Positions 12,440 to 25,240 of a stretch of 64,000 bases of DNA are shown here, in pieces. Under the pieces are notes generated by a model. The model was not told the DNA's origin and searched no databases. It worked only from the letters and a program-made list of their open reading frames with translations. A program made the translations under genes and the position numbers. The stretch spans positions 20,227 to 84,226 of the forward strand of contig JAUCBJ010001793.1 in NCBI GenBank assembly GCA_032718475.1, read 5' to 3'. Positions within the stretch are counted from its first letter, which is position 1, and each line of letters starts with the position of its first letter. Origin of the DNA: Nemertoderma westbladi. Taxonomy: Eukaryota; Animalia; Xenacoelomorpha.

Positions 12440-13450
12440 ATTGGCGATCAAAATTTGGCAAAGGAAATTACGTGGCTGTGGCTTTAACACTAGATCTGAG
12501 TAAGGCTTTCGATTCGTTGAACCAACATGTTATTCTACTAAAATTAAAAGAAATTGGTCTCCATTCGACTTAAATCTCCTTTGAAAGACTACCTTTGCCA
12601 ACGAAAACAAAGGGTTAAAAGCTCAACGGTAACTTCCCCAGTTGGGAACAGACGGAACGAGTAATTCCACAAGGAACACTTTTGGGGCCTCTTATGTTTG
12701 TTTCTCATTTACGGCAACGAAATTGCTGAATCTGATAACCTTAACATCATTCAACAGGCTGACGATACTCTCATCTTTGCATCAGGACAGGATTCGATCG
12801 CAGCTACTCAAAATCTATCAAATCGTTTATTAAAAATAGAAAGTAACTTTTCAAGTTTAAAAATGCAACTAAATCTCGTTAAAAAACTAAATTAATTTTA
12901 ATAACTCCACATACTAGAACAAATGAGATAGAAAAAATTAACCTGCACTCTGCACATTATAAAAAATATGAAAAGCAACCGTTAAACAGAACTCACAATT
13001 TAAATATCTAGGAATAATAATTGATAATAAAATTACTTGGAAACCTCAAATAAAATTGATTGTTGAAAAAATGACCCATGCAGTATCATCTTTAAGACGT
13101 TTAAAGGGTCAATTACCCACTAACACGAAACTAATAGTGTATAAGGTAACTGTCCTACCGCTACATAACTACTGGCTGTGAAATTATTACACCACTACAT
13201 CTGACACACGGACGGGTACAGAGAATTACTTTACGGGCTAGATAAAATTAAAAACTACTGTTTACTGAAAAAAAAAACCAGAGATGTCACCGGACAGAAT
13301 TACGCACTAAGGCAAAATTACACCACTTACAAGCACTTAAGCACTTAATATTTCTTTAAATATTATTTTGATTTGTCAGCACCATTTAAAAATCTAAGTA
13401 TTGCATTCCTTAAAAATTTTAAAACGAAAAATGATAACATAAATAAATAA
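12440..13450 (+). mobile_element. Highly degraded CR1/L2-group LINE RT fragment
   Basis: LDLSKAFDS, IPQGTL-GPLMFLIY, QQADDT and KYLGIIIDNKITWK spread over several frames. Confidence 0.75.
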
Positions 13451-14067
13451 AATAACATTTTGTATTAAAGTACTAAAAACAAAATTAAAATTTGGATACA
13501 ACAACGTGATGGTTAGTTGTACCTAAATTTAAGTATTCGGGAAACAAAGTCATTGCAAATTAACAAATAAATTACAGAAGGAATTTTACAAAATGTATAT
13601 TATATTACATAAATAAATTACATAAATTATACACATTAATATGAAAATATACATACATGTACATATATATATGTACATATACATGTAAATTAAAACAGAT
13701 ATAAGCCGGAGACTGCTGACTAACGAGATTGGTCGAAGTTTGTGCTTTAGGTACTGTATGTCCATATTGTATATATGGTAAATTATATTAGTTGAGTACT
13801 AAACCTACTGTATGTTAATTTTAAAGTAAAAATTAAATCGTAGTTCGTGAAGCTTTATTCGCGTAATAATTAATTATATTGTATAATTTTATAAATATAT
13901 TAAAGACTTTAAATTATTTTATTGTTTTGGTTAGAATAAAGTGATTGAGACGAAAGGGATGTTGCGGATGACATAATTTTTGATTAAAATATATGTAAAT
14001 TTTCTATTAAGATACATATTTAGCCTGGCAGCCCTTCTATGTAAAGGTTACACCAGCACATGACCTA

Positions 14068-14339
14068 CTATAGGTATAGTCAGATAGGGGGGGGGGGGGG
14101 GGGGGGGGGGGGGAAACTGAACGCAATAAAAATTCATCCTTCACCAGGGGAAATTCGACGCAAATAACAGTTGATTACTCTCAAAAATAAAACTGTAACC
14201 TGTTCTATTGTGTTTAGTTTATTGTTTTGGTTAAAATAACGTGCCACTGTAACCTGCTCTTTTCCCTAAATATTAATTCGCCAAGCGCGGGTTTTGCGTC
14301 CAATCCCCCCCCCCCCCCCCCTGTCTCGGTATAGTATAG
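14068..14339. mobile_element. MITE with poly-G/poly-C terminal inverted repeats
   Basis: ctataggtatagtcagatag(G)n...acgcaa versus ttgcgt...(C)n tgtctcggtatagtatag; the internal aacgtgccactgtaacctgct also occurs at ~17510 and inverted at ~1540. Confidence 0.5.
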
Positions 14340-14539
14340 CTCAGGGTGCTGCGCTACCGGTTAATGAGAGGACCCATTGACATCGACCTAATTCTTCGAG
14401 GACCTAATGACCTGCACTTTACGCTACAGAACCTAATAATGCCAGGCGCCAAGGATATATTATTGCTACCTGTGCTTAAATGCTTAATGCACCTTGATCT
14501 AATGCACTTATATACTTCTGGCCAAGTTGTTTTCTAGTT

Positions 14540-17190
14540 AAGAAATAATTTTTAAAAATAATTAACATGGAATATCTAATCATACTGTCTACATATCCAA
14601 TTATAACCACTCAATTAAAATTTTAGTAATAATTATTATTTTTTATCTTAAATTTCTTTTGCTTTTATCTTAAATTATCAAAATATAAAGTAATAAAATT
14701 ATTTCTTTAGATAAAAACTTGGCCAGAAGTAATGAAAAAGCATTTAAGCACTGTTGGCAATAATAGAACCTTGACATTAGGTCCTGTAGTGTACTACTAC
14801 TAGGTCGAGCGAACTCGGACAGAGGAAATGAGATCCTTCCAGGCTTCCCGATTCTCCATAGTTGTCGCAATTTCGTTTCTCCCAAGTTCAGTATCCCTTT
14901 CAAGTTGATCTATATATGTTATGGCAGGTCGTCCACGACTACGCTTTCCATGAGTTGGTTGCCAGAAAAGTAGATCTGGTATGACCTCGTCTTTACTTCG
15001 CCAGCAGTGCCCACTGAATCTTAATCTGCGTTCACGGAGGGGGGTTGATACAGGTGGTATTGTACCATAAAGCTCGGCGTTTGTCATGTGTTGTCTCCAG
15101 CTGATGTTTAGGGCTGCCCTTAGTAGTCTTGTGTAGCAACCATCAATTCGTTGTTCAAGTGATTTAGTCAGTGTCCAGGTCTCACCCCCGTATAAAAATA
15201 CACTTTCCACTGTGGCTCGAAAGAACTTGGTCTTCAGGTGCCTGGAGAGATCTGATTTCCAGATGGTATCCATTTTTGATAGAGCTACCCAAGCCTTTGC
15301 TTTCCTAACTTCTATGTCCTTTTTGCTACTCTCTATCCACGATCCAAGGTACTGGAAGTCATCTACCTTCCTTAGTTGATTATTATCAATGGTTGTCAAG
15401 TTTCCATCAACATTAAAGGTCATGAATTCGGTCTTGGTAGCATTTATATGCAATCCAACCTCCTTAGCAGCCCTCTCCACTTTATTTAGTAGAAGCTGTG
15501 CATCTGCTAGCGTATTAGAGAGCAGGGCGATGTCATCCGCAAAGTCGGTGTCTGTGACTGTAGTTGCCGGATATCTACTACTTCTGCGTTCTTGAAGTGT
15601 GAATCCCAGATCTTCACCCTTTGTGGCCGTCCTCATTGCGTAATCCAGCACAATTACAAATAGTAATGGTGCTAATGTGTCACCTTGCAGTACGCCAGCC
15701 AGGATTGAGAAAAACTCAGTTTCACCATCTGGTGAGAGTACCTGCGCTTCTGTGTCACAATATAACAATCCAATGCCAGCAACAATTACTTCTGGTATTC
15801 CATAAGCTCTTAGGATTTCAAGCATTTTACCTCTATGGATGGAGTCGAATGCCTTCTTGAAGTCCACAAAAGTCATGACTGCGGGGAGATTCTTTGACTT
15901 AATTCCTTCAATCAGTCTCCGTAGTGCAAGTATCTGAGCTATTGTTGATCTACTTGGTCGAAATCCGTTTTGGCTCTTACGCAGTAGTTTCTCTATGTGA
16001 GGCCTAATCCTATATAGAATCATTTTATTGTATATTTTGGCAGCTACCACAAGCAGACAGATCCCACGATAGTTTGTTGGTATGCCGAGGTCTCCTTTCT
16101 TTGGGAGGGGCTTTAGTTGACCTTTAGTCCAAATTGGTGGTGGCTTTTCCCCTTTTAACATCCGGTTGCAAACATTCAATAATGGTCTATTTAGCACTCC
16201 GGTTTTCCATACCTCCGCTGGGATTTCATCTAATCCACTCGCTTTATTATTGGACATGCTTTTAATGCTTCTTTGGAGTTCGGCAGGTGTGAAGTCCCCT
16301 GTTTCTATAGGTAGTGTCTTGTCATATATTTTCCTTGTAGGGCTGACCTCGATGTTTGGTGGCTGCCCAAGCAAGTTGCTGAAGTGATTTTTCCACTTCC
16401 CAACACGTTCTTCAGGACTATCGGCTTTGAGGCGCCCCTTTGCACAACTTTTCCGACCAGATACCTCATTTACAGTTTGCCAGGTAAGTCTTGATTGTTG
16501 CTGTATGTGAGCAGTTGTAATTGCTTCAGTTTTATCCTGTATGTACTTTTCCTGGCTGATGTTGTAGGCCAATTTAAGATCGTCCTTAGCTTTCTCAACC
16601 TTGTTAATGTTTTCGGTTGTTGGTTGTTCGGTTTTAACTTTGTAGGCTATCTTAAGATCTTCTCTCTTACAAGTAACCTCAGAGTTTTGCCATGGCACAT
16701 ACTGTTTTCGTTTAGGTTTCTGGGGGATATGCCTCTTAGCTGATTCCTTGTGGGCTGTTATTCCTGTAGTGTAGTCCTGTGTAGTTGATCATTAAGTCCT
16801 GGTCCTGGTAGCAGTTGCGTTAAATATTTCTTCATGTTAACCGGTAACACCCTGAGCTGTTACCTTGCTACTCTACTCAGCTGCAGTCAAGGGAATTTTC
16901 GTCTGTCACACATGTAATGTTGAAAGTGGTAACTAGCCAGGTCGGTACCGGTGTCGCAACTGTACACTAAACGGTATTCACGAACACTCAATTTGAACAA
17001 TATAAAAAACATTAGTTATTTTATTATTGTTGATAATGTCCTATTCTGTTTCATAACCTTAGATTATTTCATACTTTGATAATTTAAGATAAAGGCAAAA
17101 AAAGTTAAGATAAAAAAAGTAGGCCCCAATTATAATTGAAATTTAAATTGAGTGGTTATTGATGGATATGCAGACATGATGTTAAGTTAG
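14540..17190. mobile_element. Palindromic (foldback) element interrupted by the RTE insertion
   Basis: 14560-14700 (catatccaattataaccactcaatt...ttatcttaaattatcaaa) is the inverse of 17070-17190 (tttgataatttaagataaa...aattgagtggttattgatggatatg). Confidence 0.55.
14794..16761 (-). mobile_element. Young 5'-truncated RTE-clade LINE with uninterrupted RT ORF and 12-bp target-site duplication
   Basis: ORF 16698-14800 (632 aa; the frame stays open to 16760): NYRGICLL, QNGFR, FVDFKKAFDS, GVLQGDTLAP, DFADD, YLGS, LYGGETW, GKRSRGRP. TCCTGTAGTGTA at 14782-14793 and 16762-16773; (TAG)3 tail. Confidence 0.95.
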
Positions 17191-17859
17191 ATAGTGCATG
17201 TGACATCCGCACGTCACCTCCGCATGCCAAGGGTGCGGATGCCAAAAATCATGCGGATAGCCCGGATGCGTCGGATATCGCCACATCCATACGAATCAAT
17301 ATGCCTTCAAGTCACAAAAAATAAGGAAAACATCATCAGTAATATAATTATTTTTGTTTTTATTTTTTTTATATAAAGTAATTATCAACAGTCAGTTAAT
17401 AAACAAATTAATGTGTCATCAAAAGTACACAACCTATGAGCCCAATGCTGTCATCATTCCGTTGATAATAAATATTAATTAAAATTGCTTAATATTTTGA
17501 TTAAAAAGTAACGTGCCACTCTAACCTGCTTGTTTCCCAAAAATGATAATTTAACATTGAGACGGGATGGGATTTGCCTTGCGTCACCCCCCCCCCCCCC
17601 CCCCCCACCTTCTTATCTCCTGCAGTCACACGAAACAATCACCTGGAACTAATAATACTAATTCGTTTCTTGTTTTGGTTAGATCGAGCCCTTCTGTAAC
17701 TTGGGTTTTTAGTGAAAACTTGGTGTTCTTCAGATGGGGTAAACTGCCAAGTGAAATACAACAGCAGAAAGTATGGTATACTTCACATGGTGGTAAACAG
17801 CAACAGTTCTGGTATACTTCAATCTGTTATAAAAATGTAGGTATACTTCTGGCACCACA

Positions 17860-18038
17860 GCACTAAATTTAAATATATCCAAACTAAAATAATAAATAGC
17901 GGTAAAAAAAACTTACATGTATTCCATATAACTCGAGGATTTCATTTACTGCACTAAATTTAAATATATCCAAACTAAAAAAATAAATAGTGGTAAAAAA
18001 AACTTACATGTATTCCATATAACTCGAGGATTTCATTT
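17860..18038. repeat. ~90-bp tandem duplication covering the IRAK1BP1 exon-2 donor site
   Basis: gcactaaatttaaatatatcc...acttacatgtattccatataactcgaggatttcattta occurs twice. Confidence 0.85.
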
Positions 18039-18160
18039 ATGTAATCGAATCGCTTGTTGACGCTTTCCTTAACTTTCTCTACGGAATCCTTCTTACTAAG
18101 GACAATGACATCCACGGTACAGGAGTCAGGGGTGAGCTGCACGTCTGCACACGCTTTAAC
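18008..18160 (-). CDS. IRAK1BP1: IRAK1BP1 (SIMPL-domain) homolog, coding exon 2
   Basis: cag|VKACADVQLTPDSCTVDVIVLSKKDSVEKVKESVNKRFDYINEILELYGIH|gtaagt; 153 bp, phase 0/0. Resembles the recalled IRAK1BP1 segment EVSAGPDRAQVVVRVSSTKE...KKSVCRRLDYITQSL. Confidence 0.78.
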
Positions 18161-18583
18161 CTGTCGTTGATAAAATATTTAATTGAAACAATAACAACAC
18201 GTTAAAATCGCACGCGAATATAGGCCTACAGCTGTACAGGCCTATAACTGTATAAGACAGAATGCAGTAAGAGAAACTATACAAGGAGATAATTACAATT
18301 CAAATTATTCCATTTGCTCCTGTCACACTCTGACCACTAACACTGCCTGACCGGTACAACCCTACAGCAGTCTTGCAGTATAACCTAATTCAGCAAATGC
18401 TGAAATGTGCTGTCAGGCAGTGTAGGGCCTAGTGTCAGAGTGTATAGTGTCAGTGAGTGTGTAAACTTGCTCGAATATTTTCGAATATTATTTTTTAAGA
18501 TTCCTGGATTCGCGCTCGCTCGGCAGCTTGGAGCACGGTCCTCAGGCTCAGCCCCTTTGTAAGAAATCAACAAACAAACAAAC

Positions 18584-18652
18584 CTGTATTTCTTCTCGCC
18601 TTTTTGAAACTCCTACCGGTACCGGTACTTTATGTTCCGCCAGTTTCTCCAT
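18584..18652 (-). CDS. IRAK1BP1: IRAK1BP1 homolog, coding exon 1
   Basis: ATG at 18652, MEKLAEHKVPVPVGVSKRREEIQ|gtttgt; 69 bp. Joins exon 2 in frame to give REEIQVKA (compare REVQVSG). Confidence 0.68.
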
Positions 18653-18881
18653 TTCTGTTATTAAGTGAATTATCAGATTATACTGTTATAGGCCTACTCG
18701 AGCCAAGCCAAGGCCTACTACAGTACTCTGGCACTGCTGTGCTGCCTGATAATTAAAAAAACTGAAAAATGATACCGTGTACCGTGTATCACATGGCCTA
18801 GGTATCGGTTTGCCCGTACATTGGCTGTCTGGTACCGTACTGTTTTTCAGGAGCCCTTAATATTACTAGAATCACTATTTC

Positions 18882-18924
18882 CTGATTGGTTTTAAACCGG
18901 GTACCTAGCAACGCCATCAGCTGG
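18882..18924 (-). promoter_or_regulatory. Putative IRAK1BP1 promoter: CCAAT box plus X-box
   Basis: CTGATTGG at 18882, GGTACCTAGCAAC at 18900-18912 and ATCAGCTGG at 18916, about 250 bp upstream of the ATG. Confidence 0.5.
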
Positions 18925-19852
18925 TTTCAAAATGCCATATTAATTGCCGGTAGCAGGGGCATGGCCTAGGCAGGGGCCCTTAAAAATACTGGAGGACTAT
19001 AAACACTATTTCATGATTGAATTTAAGGGAGTTACAGAGTTATCAGGATGCAGTAAACTCTACAGTATTCAAACACTGGTCAGCCGGTACATTACATTAA
19101 GTTTGTATAACCTCAGATTGGAATTTACTTTCACTTTATTAATACAGAACCTACATACAGCCCTACAGCAACCCTTTCCTCTTGGTTCGCTTTCATTGTA
19201 CTAAAACGATGCATAATCGTCTGTACTTGTATACAGTTGTATAAATATTGTATTGTGAATTGGAAATTAAAGTGACCTTCGTCTGCAACTCTACAATGTA
19301 TGTAATGTTCTTGAATCAAAAACTTAAATACTACCGGTAGCGGTAAAATTGTTAACGCCCCCTAGCGGCCGATGCTGATGTTGTGGGTCTCTGCCCGTTT
19401 GTCCCATGTTAAATGTCTACCAAATACAGTAGTTAATAATTAATTGAGAACCATCCATGGGTCACTCAAATTCTATGAAGTGGTTCAAAAATTATTAAGC
19501 CTAGATGAAGTGATATTTAGCGACTCTTTAGCGGCGGACCATGTAAATGTACGACGCCAAAATTCTGAAAACTTTCTAAACTTTTGACATACTACTTGTG
19601 TACCACGTTTGGTATACTTTCATCAAAGAATCGTTGAGTTTACTGTGCCGTATTAGCATTCATAGATTATACGGACCGACCGACTAATCGACAGGCAGAC
19701 CGAGAAATAGACGCGAGGTTGATATTGGTACCCGTACTGTATTCTAAGCTTGCTAACTTTCGTGGCTCGCCCCACAGTGTTTGTCAATTTAACGGCTTCC
19801 TGTCAGTTCTGTCACTGGCCCTGTTGGTTCCGTATAGTGACTAGTTGTTTTA

Positions 19853-21230
19853 AAGCCATCCAACCACCAAGGTTACGGCAGAATCGCCAGCCGATCGCCT
19901 CAATGGTTGGAAGGCCCACTTTGAAAAGCTCCTCAATAATGACAGGGTATTGCCTGATAACTTTATAGAAGCAAAAGTGTCTGAGTCTGTACTCCCAGAT
20001 ATTCCCATTGGTGATATCTCCTTTGCAGAAGTGAAGGCTGCTGCAAAGAGCATTAAGACCAATCGCGCCAGTGGAGTAGATGGTGTTCCCCTTGAGGTCT
20101 TTAAAATACTGATGTTTCGTGTTCCCCTTGAGGTTTTTAAAATACCTGAGTGTTTAAAGCTCATCTATCCCATCATAGTAGACATGTACATAACAACAAG
20201 AGTCCCACAAGAAATGAAAACAAATAAGTTGGCGCCAGTTCCCAAGAAGGGCAACCTAACACTCTATGGTCCTTTTCGGGGAATCTCATTGATCTCGATT
20301 GCTGCAAAGCTATACAATATAATTATATTAAATCGCATCAGGGATCCCATTGGGAGACAGCTCCGTGGAAATCAGAATGGGTTTCGTAAAGGTCGTGGGA
20401 CCATGGGGCCTATTTTGGCACTTAGAACATGCTGCTTCTAGTGTTGGTCTTTTTATTAACTCCAAAAAGACCAAAATTTTGACAGTTAACTTTGAAAGTC
20501 CTCAGCAAGTCTCTGACCGGATGAGCATAAGCGCAAAGGATGGTATACTTGAGCATGTTGACGACTTCTGTTACCTGGGATCATGGATCCGGAAGTCAGG
20601 TGAGGACCTTCGAATACGTAAGGGAAAGGCATGGGCAGCCTTGAATAGGCTTTTCAGGATTTGGAAGTCATAGAGAATTAATCGGAAACTAAAGCTCCGA
20701 TTATTTAGAGCAGCAGTAGTTCCAGTACTCCTCTACGGGAGTCCATGCTGGGCTCTAACTGCTGAGGACACCAAATCTCTGGATGGCACATTCACAAGAA
20801 TGCTACGCCGGGTTCATTGTGTCAAGTACAATGTACACATCTCCAAACCGACACTATATAACATTGGAGGTGTCTCATTGGTTCCCCCAAGCTTGACACT
20901 AGAACAAACTCGCCCCCGCTTTGCAGGACATTGTTTTCGCCGTGAGGACCAGCCAGTGCATAATCTTGTGCTTTGGCAGCCTCATAGAGTGAATAAGCTT
21001 GGTGGTGGACAGCCCATGACTTTCTTGAGGCGCATCTTAAAGGACACTGGCCTTGAAGATGCGGATGATCTAGCAAATGTCATGGGTTATAGGGAGTTGT
21101 GGCGGCGCAATTTTGTCGACAAGCCGGCACAGCCTTCTTAAAAATGCAGCTTCAATGCAGCATGCCGATCCTAGAAATAGTAGTAGTAGAAGTAGTATGC
21201 CGATCCGATCCTAGTAGTAGTAGTAGTTGT
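19853..21230 (+). mobile_element. RTE-clade LINE, 5'-truncated, RT core deleted
   Basis: ORFs 19950-20441, 20350-20673 and 20800-21141; jumps from ILALR straight to EHAASSVGL. Highly similar to the copy at 40410-41558; (TAG)n tail at ~21178-21228. Confidence 0.9.
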
Positions 21231-21734
21231 TGTTTTAAGGGCTTCCGAAATAGTGACTCTAGTTGTTTTAAGGGCAACTGCTATTTTATCCAGCTGTTGG
21301 TGGTTGGGGTTGCCCAATAACATGAGTTTATTGATTTCTTTGTTGGTTAAGTAAATAAATTAATATGCGATTTTGAATTATTTTAGCTAGAAATTTGTGC
21401 TGTTTGTATATTTGTGAATCGCTTCCAGTTGTATCTTGTGTTATATTAAAAATAATTATAACATATTACTATTAAAACACAAATTCCCTGTTAATACCTG
21501 CCTTCATCAATCCTCTGTGCGCCTTTGGGTTGGGGTGGTGCAGATTAAGAGGGAGGTTAACCCTATCCATACCGAGGGGGGGGGGGGGGGGGGGGCTTTG
21601 ATTTATTAGTGTTTGGTTAAATTTCTTAAATACCGAGTTTGTGATACAGTAGAATCGCTCAATATTAATCTATATCTCATAACTGTGCCTCGTGCTGCGC
21701 GAAGACACCCACGAACGTGTCAGTGTTACATATT

Positions 21735-21900
21735 TATATATTATTTTTTTTTAATTTCTGCAAACTCTAAATAATTTAATTATTTTTTTTCATTTCTGTG
21801 AACTCTAAATAATTTTACTATTTTTTTATTGAATTTTTGTAAACTCTAAATAATTTAATTATTTTTTTTAATTTCTGCAAACTCTAAATAATTTTAATAT
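21735..21900. repeat. ~41-bp AT-rich tandem repeat, 4 copies
   Basis: ttattttttt...atttctg(c/t)aaactctaaataattt repeated. Confidence 0.8.
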
Positions 21901-22596
21901 ATGTTCCCATGCCATGTAGGCTTACTGAAGTGTTGTACCTTGTACTTTTGTAGGGTACCGGTTCGTAAACACACCTAAACACAAACACAAATCAGCCACC
22001 ATACATATCCTTCATTGCATCACCATTATTAACCGAATGCGCCCTCCCCACACCCACTTTCCCCCATAAGTAACCAATCAAAGCCAACCCCAAAATCTTG
22101 CCTATCACTACAAAGCTGGGGTTACGTTACCAATAATGGCGCCCTTTTGCAAAGGTAGTAAACGAATGATATAATGCTTTTGGCCAATGACTTTGGCTCC
22201 TAAGTTGTTTAAATTCCGTCTGCTGCCAGGTAATGCCAATAGCCCAATAACGGCCTGTAATCAGCTGCGTTTCAAATAATTTTTAACTTCCGTATACCCT
22301 ATACTTACAGTACTTTATCTTGGGAGGAATGGCATGACTCATCATAAACCTTATCTGATATTATCATTATCAAATAATACTTTATTTGCATATATTAATA
22401 GTCGTCATAAAGATTGTTGTTGTATTTTGCAGGTTATCTTTTATAACGGTTTGAAATTGTTTGTTCTTGCACAATCTTGTGCTAAGAATACTTAATTGAG
22501 TAAATTGAATGAACATTTATTACTTTTTTTTTCGGTTGAGACGTCATTCTTATGAAACTTTGCTTTAGAAAATTGAATTTTCTTTACTCTGTTTTT

Positions 22597-22850
22597 CGCC
22601 CATGTGAAGAATACCAGGATTTCACTTTTCGGTCGACTTTTTATTAGAATTTTATATATGAAGATTTTTTATTTTTTTAATTTATCTTTAGTAAGTGTTT
22701 TATAGCGCTTATTTCTGTCTTATAATAACCTGTACATATACTAATTCGTTTATTGTTTTGGTTAGATTCAGCCCTTCTGTAACCTGTGTTTTTGGTGAAA
22801 ACCTGGTAATCTTCACATGGGGGTAACTGCAAAGTGAAATATAACGGAAA
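22597..22850. mobile_element. MITE, same family as 50814-51076 and 17655-17790
   Basis: cgcccatgtgaagaataccaggatttcac...cagcccttctgtaacc...cttcacatggg is the inverse of the 51-kb copy. Confidence 0.65.
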
Positions 22851-23149
22851 AAAGGCAAAAAAAATTCACCGAAAAATGGACATCACTTTTTATTGCTTCG
22901 GATTCAGATCGCGGAACCTTGATTTTTGGAAACTACTTCAAATTTTGCATTAGATGAGATGTTTTATGAAAAAATTCAACAATTTCAAAGTTTTGGTGTT
23001 CAACAGCCTTAATTAAATAGGCTATCACTTTATGGTATGTAACTATATATTACTTAATTACTTATTATTGTACTTGACATTAATAGTGATAAGAATAGCT
23101 TTAGTGATAAGCTGCTATTTGTTACAAACCTTACCGGTAGAGGAGTAGA

Positions 23150-23950
23150 GGCGGTAGATATATCCAGCTGATCGCCTGTCTGATTGGAAGGTTCACTTTG
23201 AGAAACTGCTCAATAATGATTGAGTACCTCCTGATGATATCACAGTGCATCGAGTGTCTCCCACAGTGCTCAAAGACATCCCCACAGACAATCAGTCAGA
23301 TCCATCAATGATCTATCTATCCATCATCTTTGTGGATTTCTTCAAGTCCTCCGGTTCTATCTCCCGCACACCATATAGGCCTTAAAATGCTTAAGATGGA
23401 CTATGGGAACGAACACCGATGATATAATTGGCGCAAAGATGATGGTTCCACAACATTTGTCTCTAAAACATATGGAGATACAGACCAATTGAAGTGTCAA
23501 GAAGTGTCCATAAAGGTGACACGCTTGCACGTATTCTCTTCATTATTATGGTGGACTATGTGCTGTTAATTTATCTCGACCAACATAATATAGATGGGGG
23601 TGGACCTGGACATACAACAAGCCAGTAGAAGTGGAGGTAATTCACCATTACACTTGACGGACCTCGACTTTTCTGATTATCTGGGTTTAATATAGGAAAA
23701 CATGGGATGGTACCCAAATGCAAATACTACTCAGAGGTCTAGAACATGCAGCATCTATTTGTAAATACTACAAGGACAATAATCCTGAAGGTAAACTTGG
23801 ATTCCCTCCTGTAGGTCATCGACCATCGGTTAACACCCCCGCATACAAAAGACCTTGGCATAAGGTCTACATTAAATAAACTATTAGTGGCATGGAAATC
23901 TCAAAATCACCATCTCTGAAAAAGTGAAATTTATTCCGGCCATTAGTAAA
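23150..23950 (+). mobile_element. Old, degraded RTE-family relic
   Basis: IIFVDFFK, GDTLARILFIIMVDYVL, LTDLDFSD and LEHAASI across frames; related to the 20-kb and 41-kb copies. Confidence 0.7.
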
Positions 23951-24024
23951 GATTTGTCTGTAGGGTTAGGGTTCATGACTTAAACTTCAGCTTACTTAAC
24001 AAACAAGGATTGTATAATCTCGTA

Positions 24025-24540
24025 GGGGGTACCGGTAGCTCAGTTGGTTGAGCGCCGGGCCTGCAATGAGCTCCGCCAGGGTCCATTCATCCACCAGGGT
24101 CGATAAAATCAGGACAAGTTGAATTACTGGGAGCACAACTTGGGATAGCTATAGCGTCCTGCGTCCACCCCTACCTTCGGGTAGCTGCTATCGAAGGAGG
24201 GGCCTTTGACTGTTTGCTTTGCTTTCTTTGTCTTATTGTCAAAATCCACCACCACCCTGCAGGTACGGTGGCGAAGTCTTACCGTCCAGTGTCCACTACT
24301 ATCATAGAACAGCAACAGATCGGATTGGGCTGGGCTGGTCTTGCTTGATCTATGCTTGGCAGCTGGTATTTGGGATCAGCCTTTGACATTACCGGAACAT
24401 CTGCTATAAAGACATTAGTCTTGATAATGCAGAGACTAGAGACGAAGTGTTTCGTTGCAGAAGTGACCGGAATGCATCCTTGTCATGTGGCCGAGATTTG
24501 AATACGGCGGGTACGTTCAACAAATATAATAATATAAATC
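24025..24540 (+). mobile_element. tRNA-derived SINE-like element
   Basis: Head GGTAGCTCAGTTGGTTGAGCG (A box), then gggtccattcatccaccagggtcgataaaat, which resembles the MetaSINE-type central domain as recalled; AT-rich tail at ~24522. The B box appears deleted. Confidence 0.45.
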
Positions 24541-25240
24541 GACTGGTTTTGTATTACCGTAAATCATATTGGTATTTTGTCTTAGAACACTCTACATGCT
24601 TCACTAGTGCAACCTTATTGTACTATCATATCGTCTATGTCTGTCCACCATTTACTAAGAAGATACCTAGAACTTTTAATGTTCCCTTTCAGTGGTTAGT
24701 CAGTCATGCTACATTTGTGAGATTTTGTTTTATTATATTTGAAGAAGCTCGGCCGATTACTGAATATAGCCATAGCGGAAACAACCCGGTTTTGATAATA
24801 ATACCTACCTTTAATGTTTTTTTTACAAGTCGCAGCTTGTCATTAAATCATATATAATTTCCTTATATTACAACAAACTTTAGATTGACTTGGGTTTTTC
24901 CAAAGTTTTTTACCTGTTATTATTTTGCTCTTAATTTTTTTACTCCATAATATTTTTTTACTCAATAACTAGAACGCCATCAAGATGGATTTAAACGAAC
25001 CTGTCTTACTGTATTAGATAAATAAAATAATAATTAATTATCTGTATTAGATAAATTTATTATACTAAATACATTCTCAGTTAGCCTAATATAAAAATAT
25101 CGGAAGCAACCAATATAATGTACAAGCCTCCTACCCGGCTGGAACCCTGGTTTAGTTTTCCGGTTAATTTAATCGACAGCTGATGTAAACGCGCCAGATA
25201 AACAAAACCTGATAACCCTTTGCATTTATATTGAGCTTAA

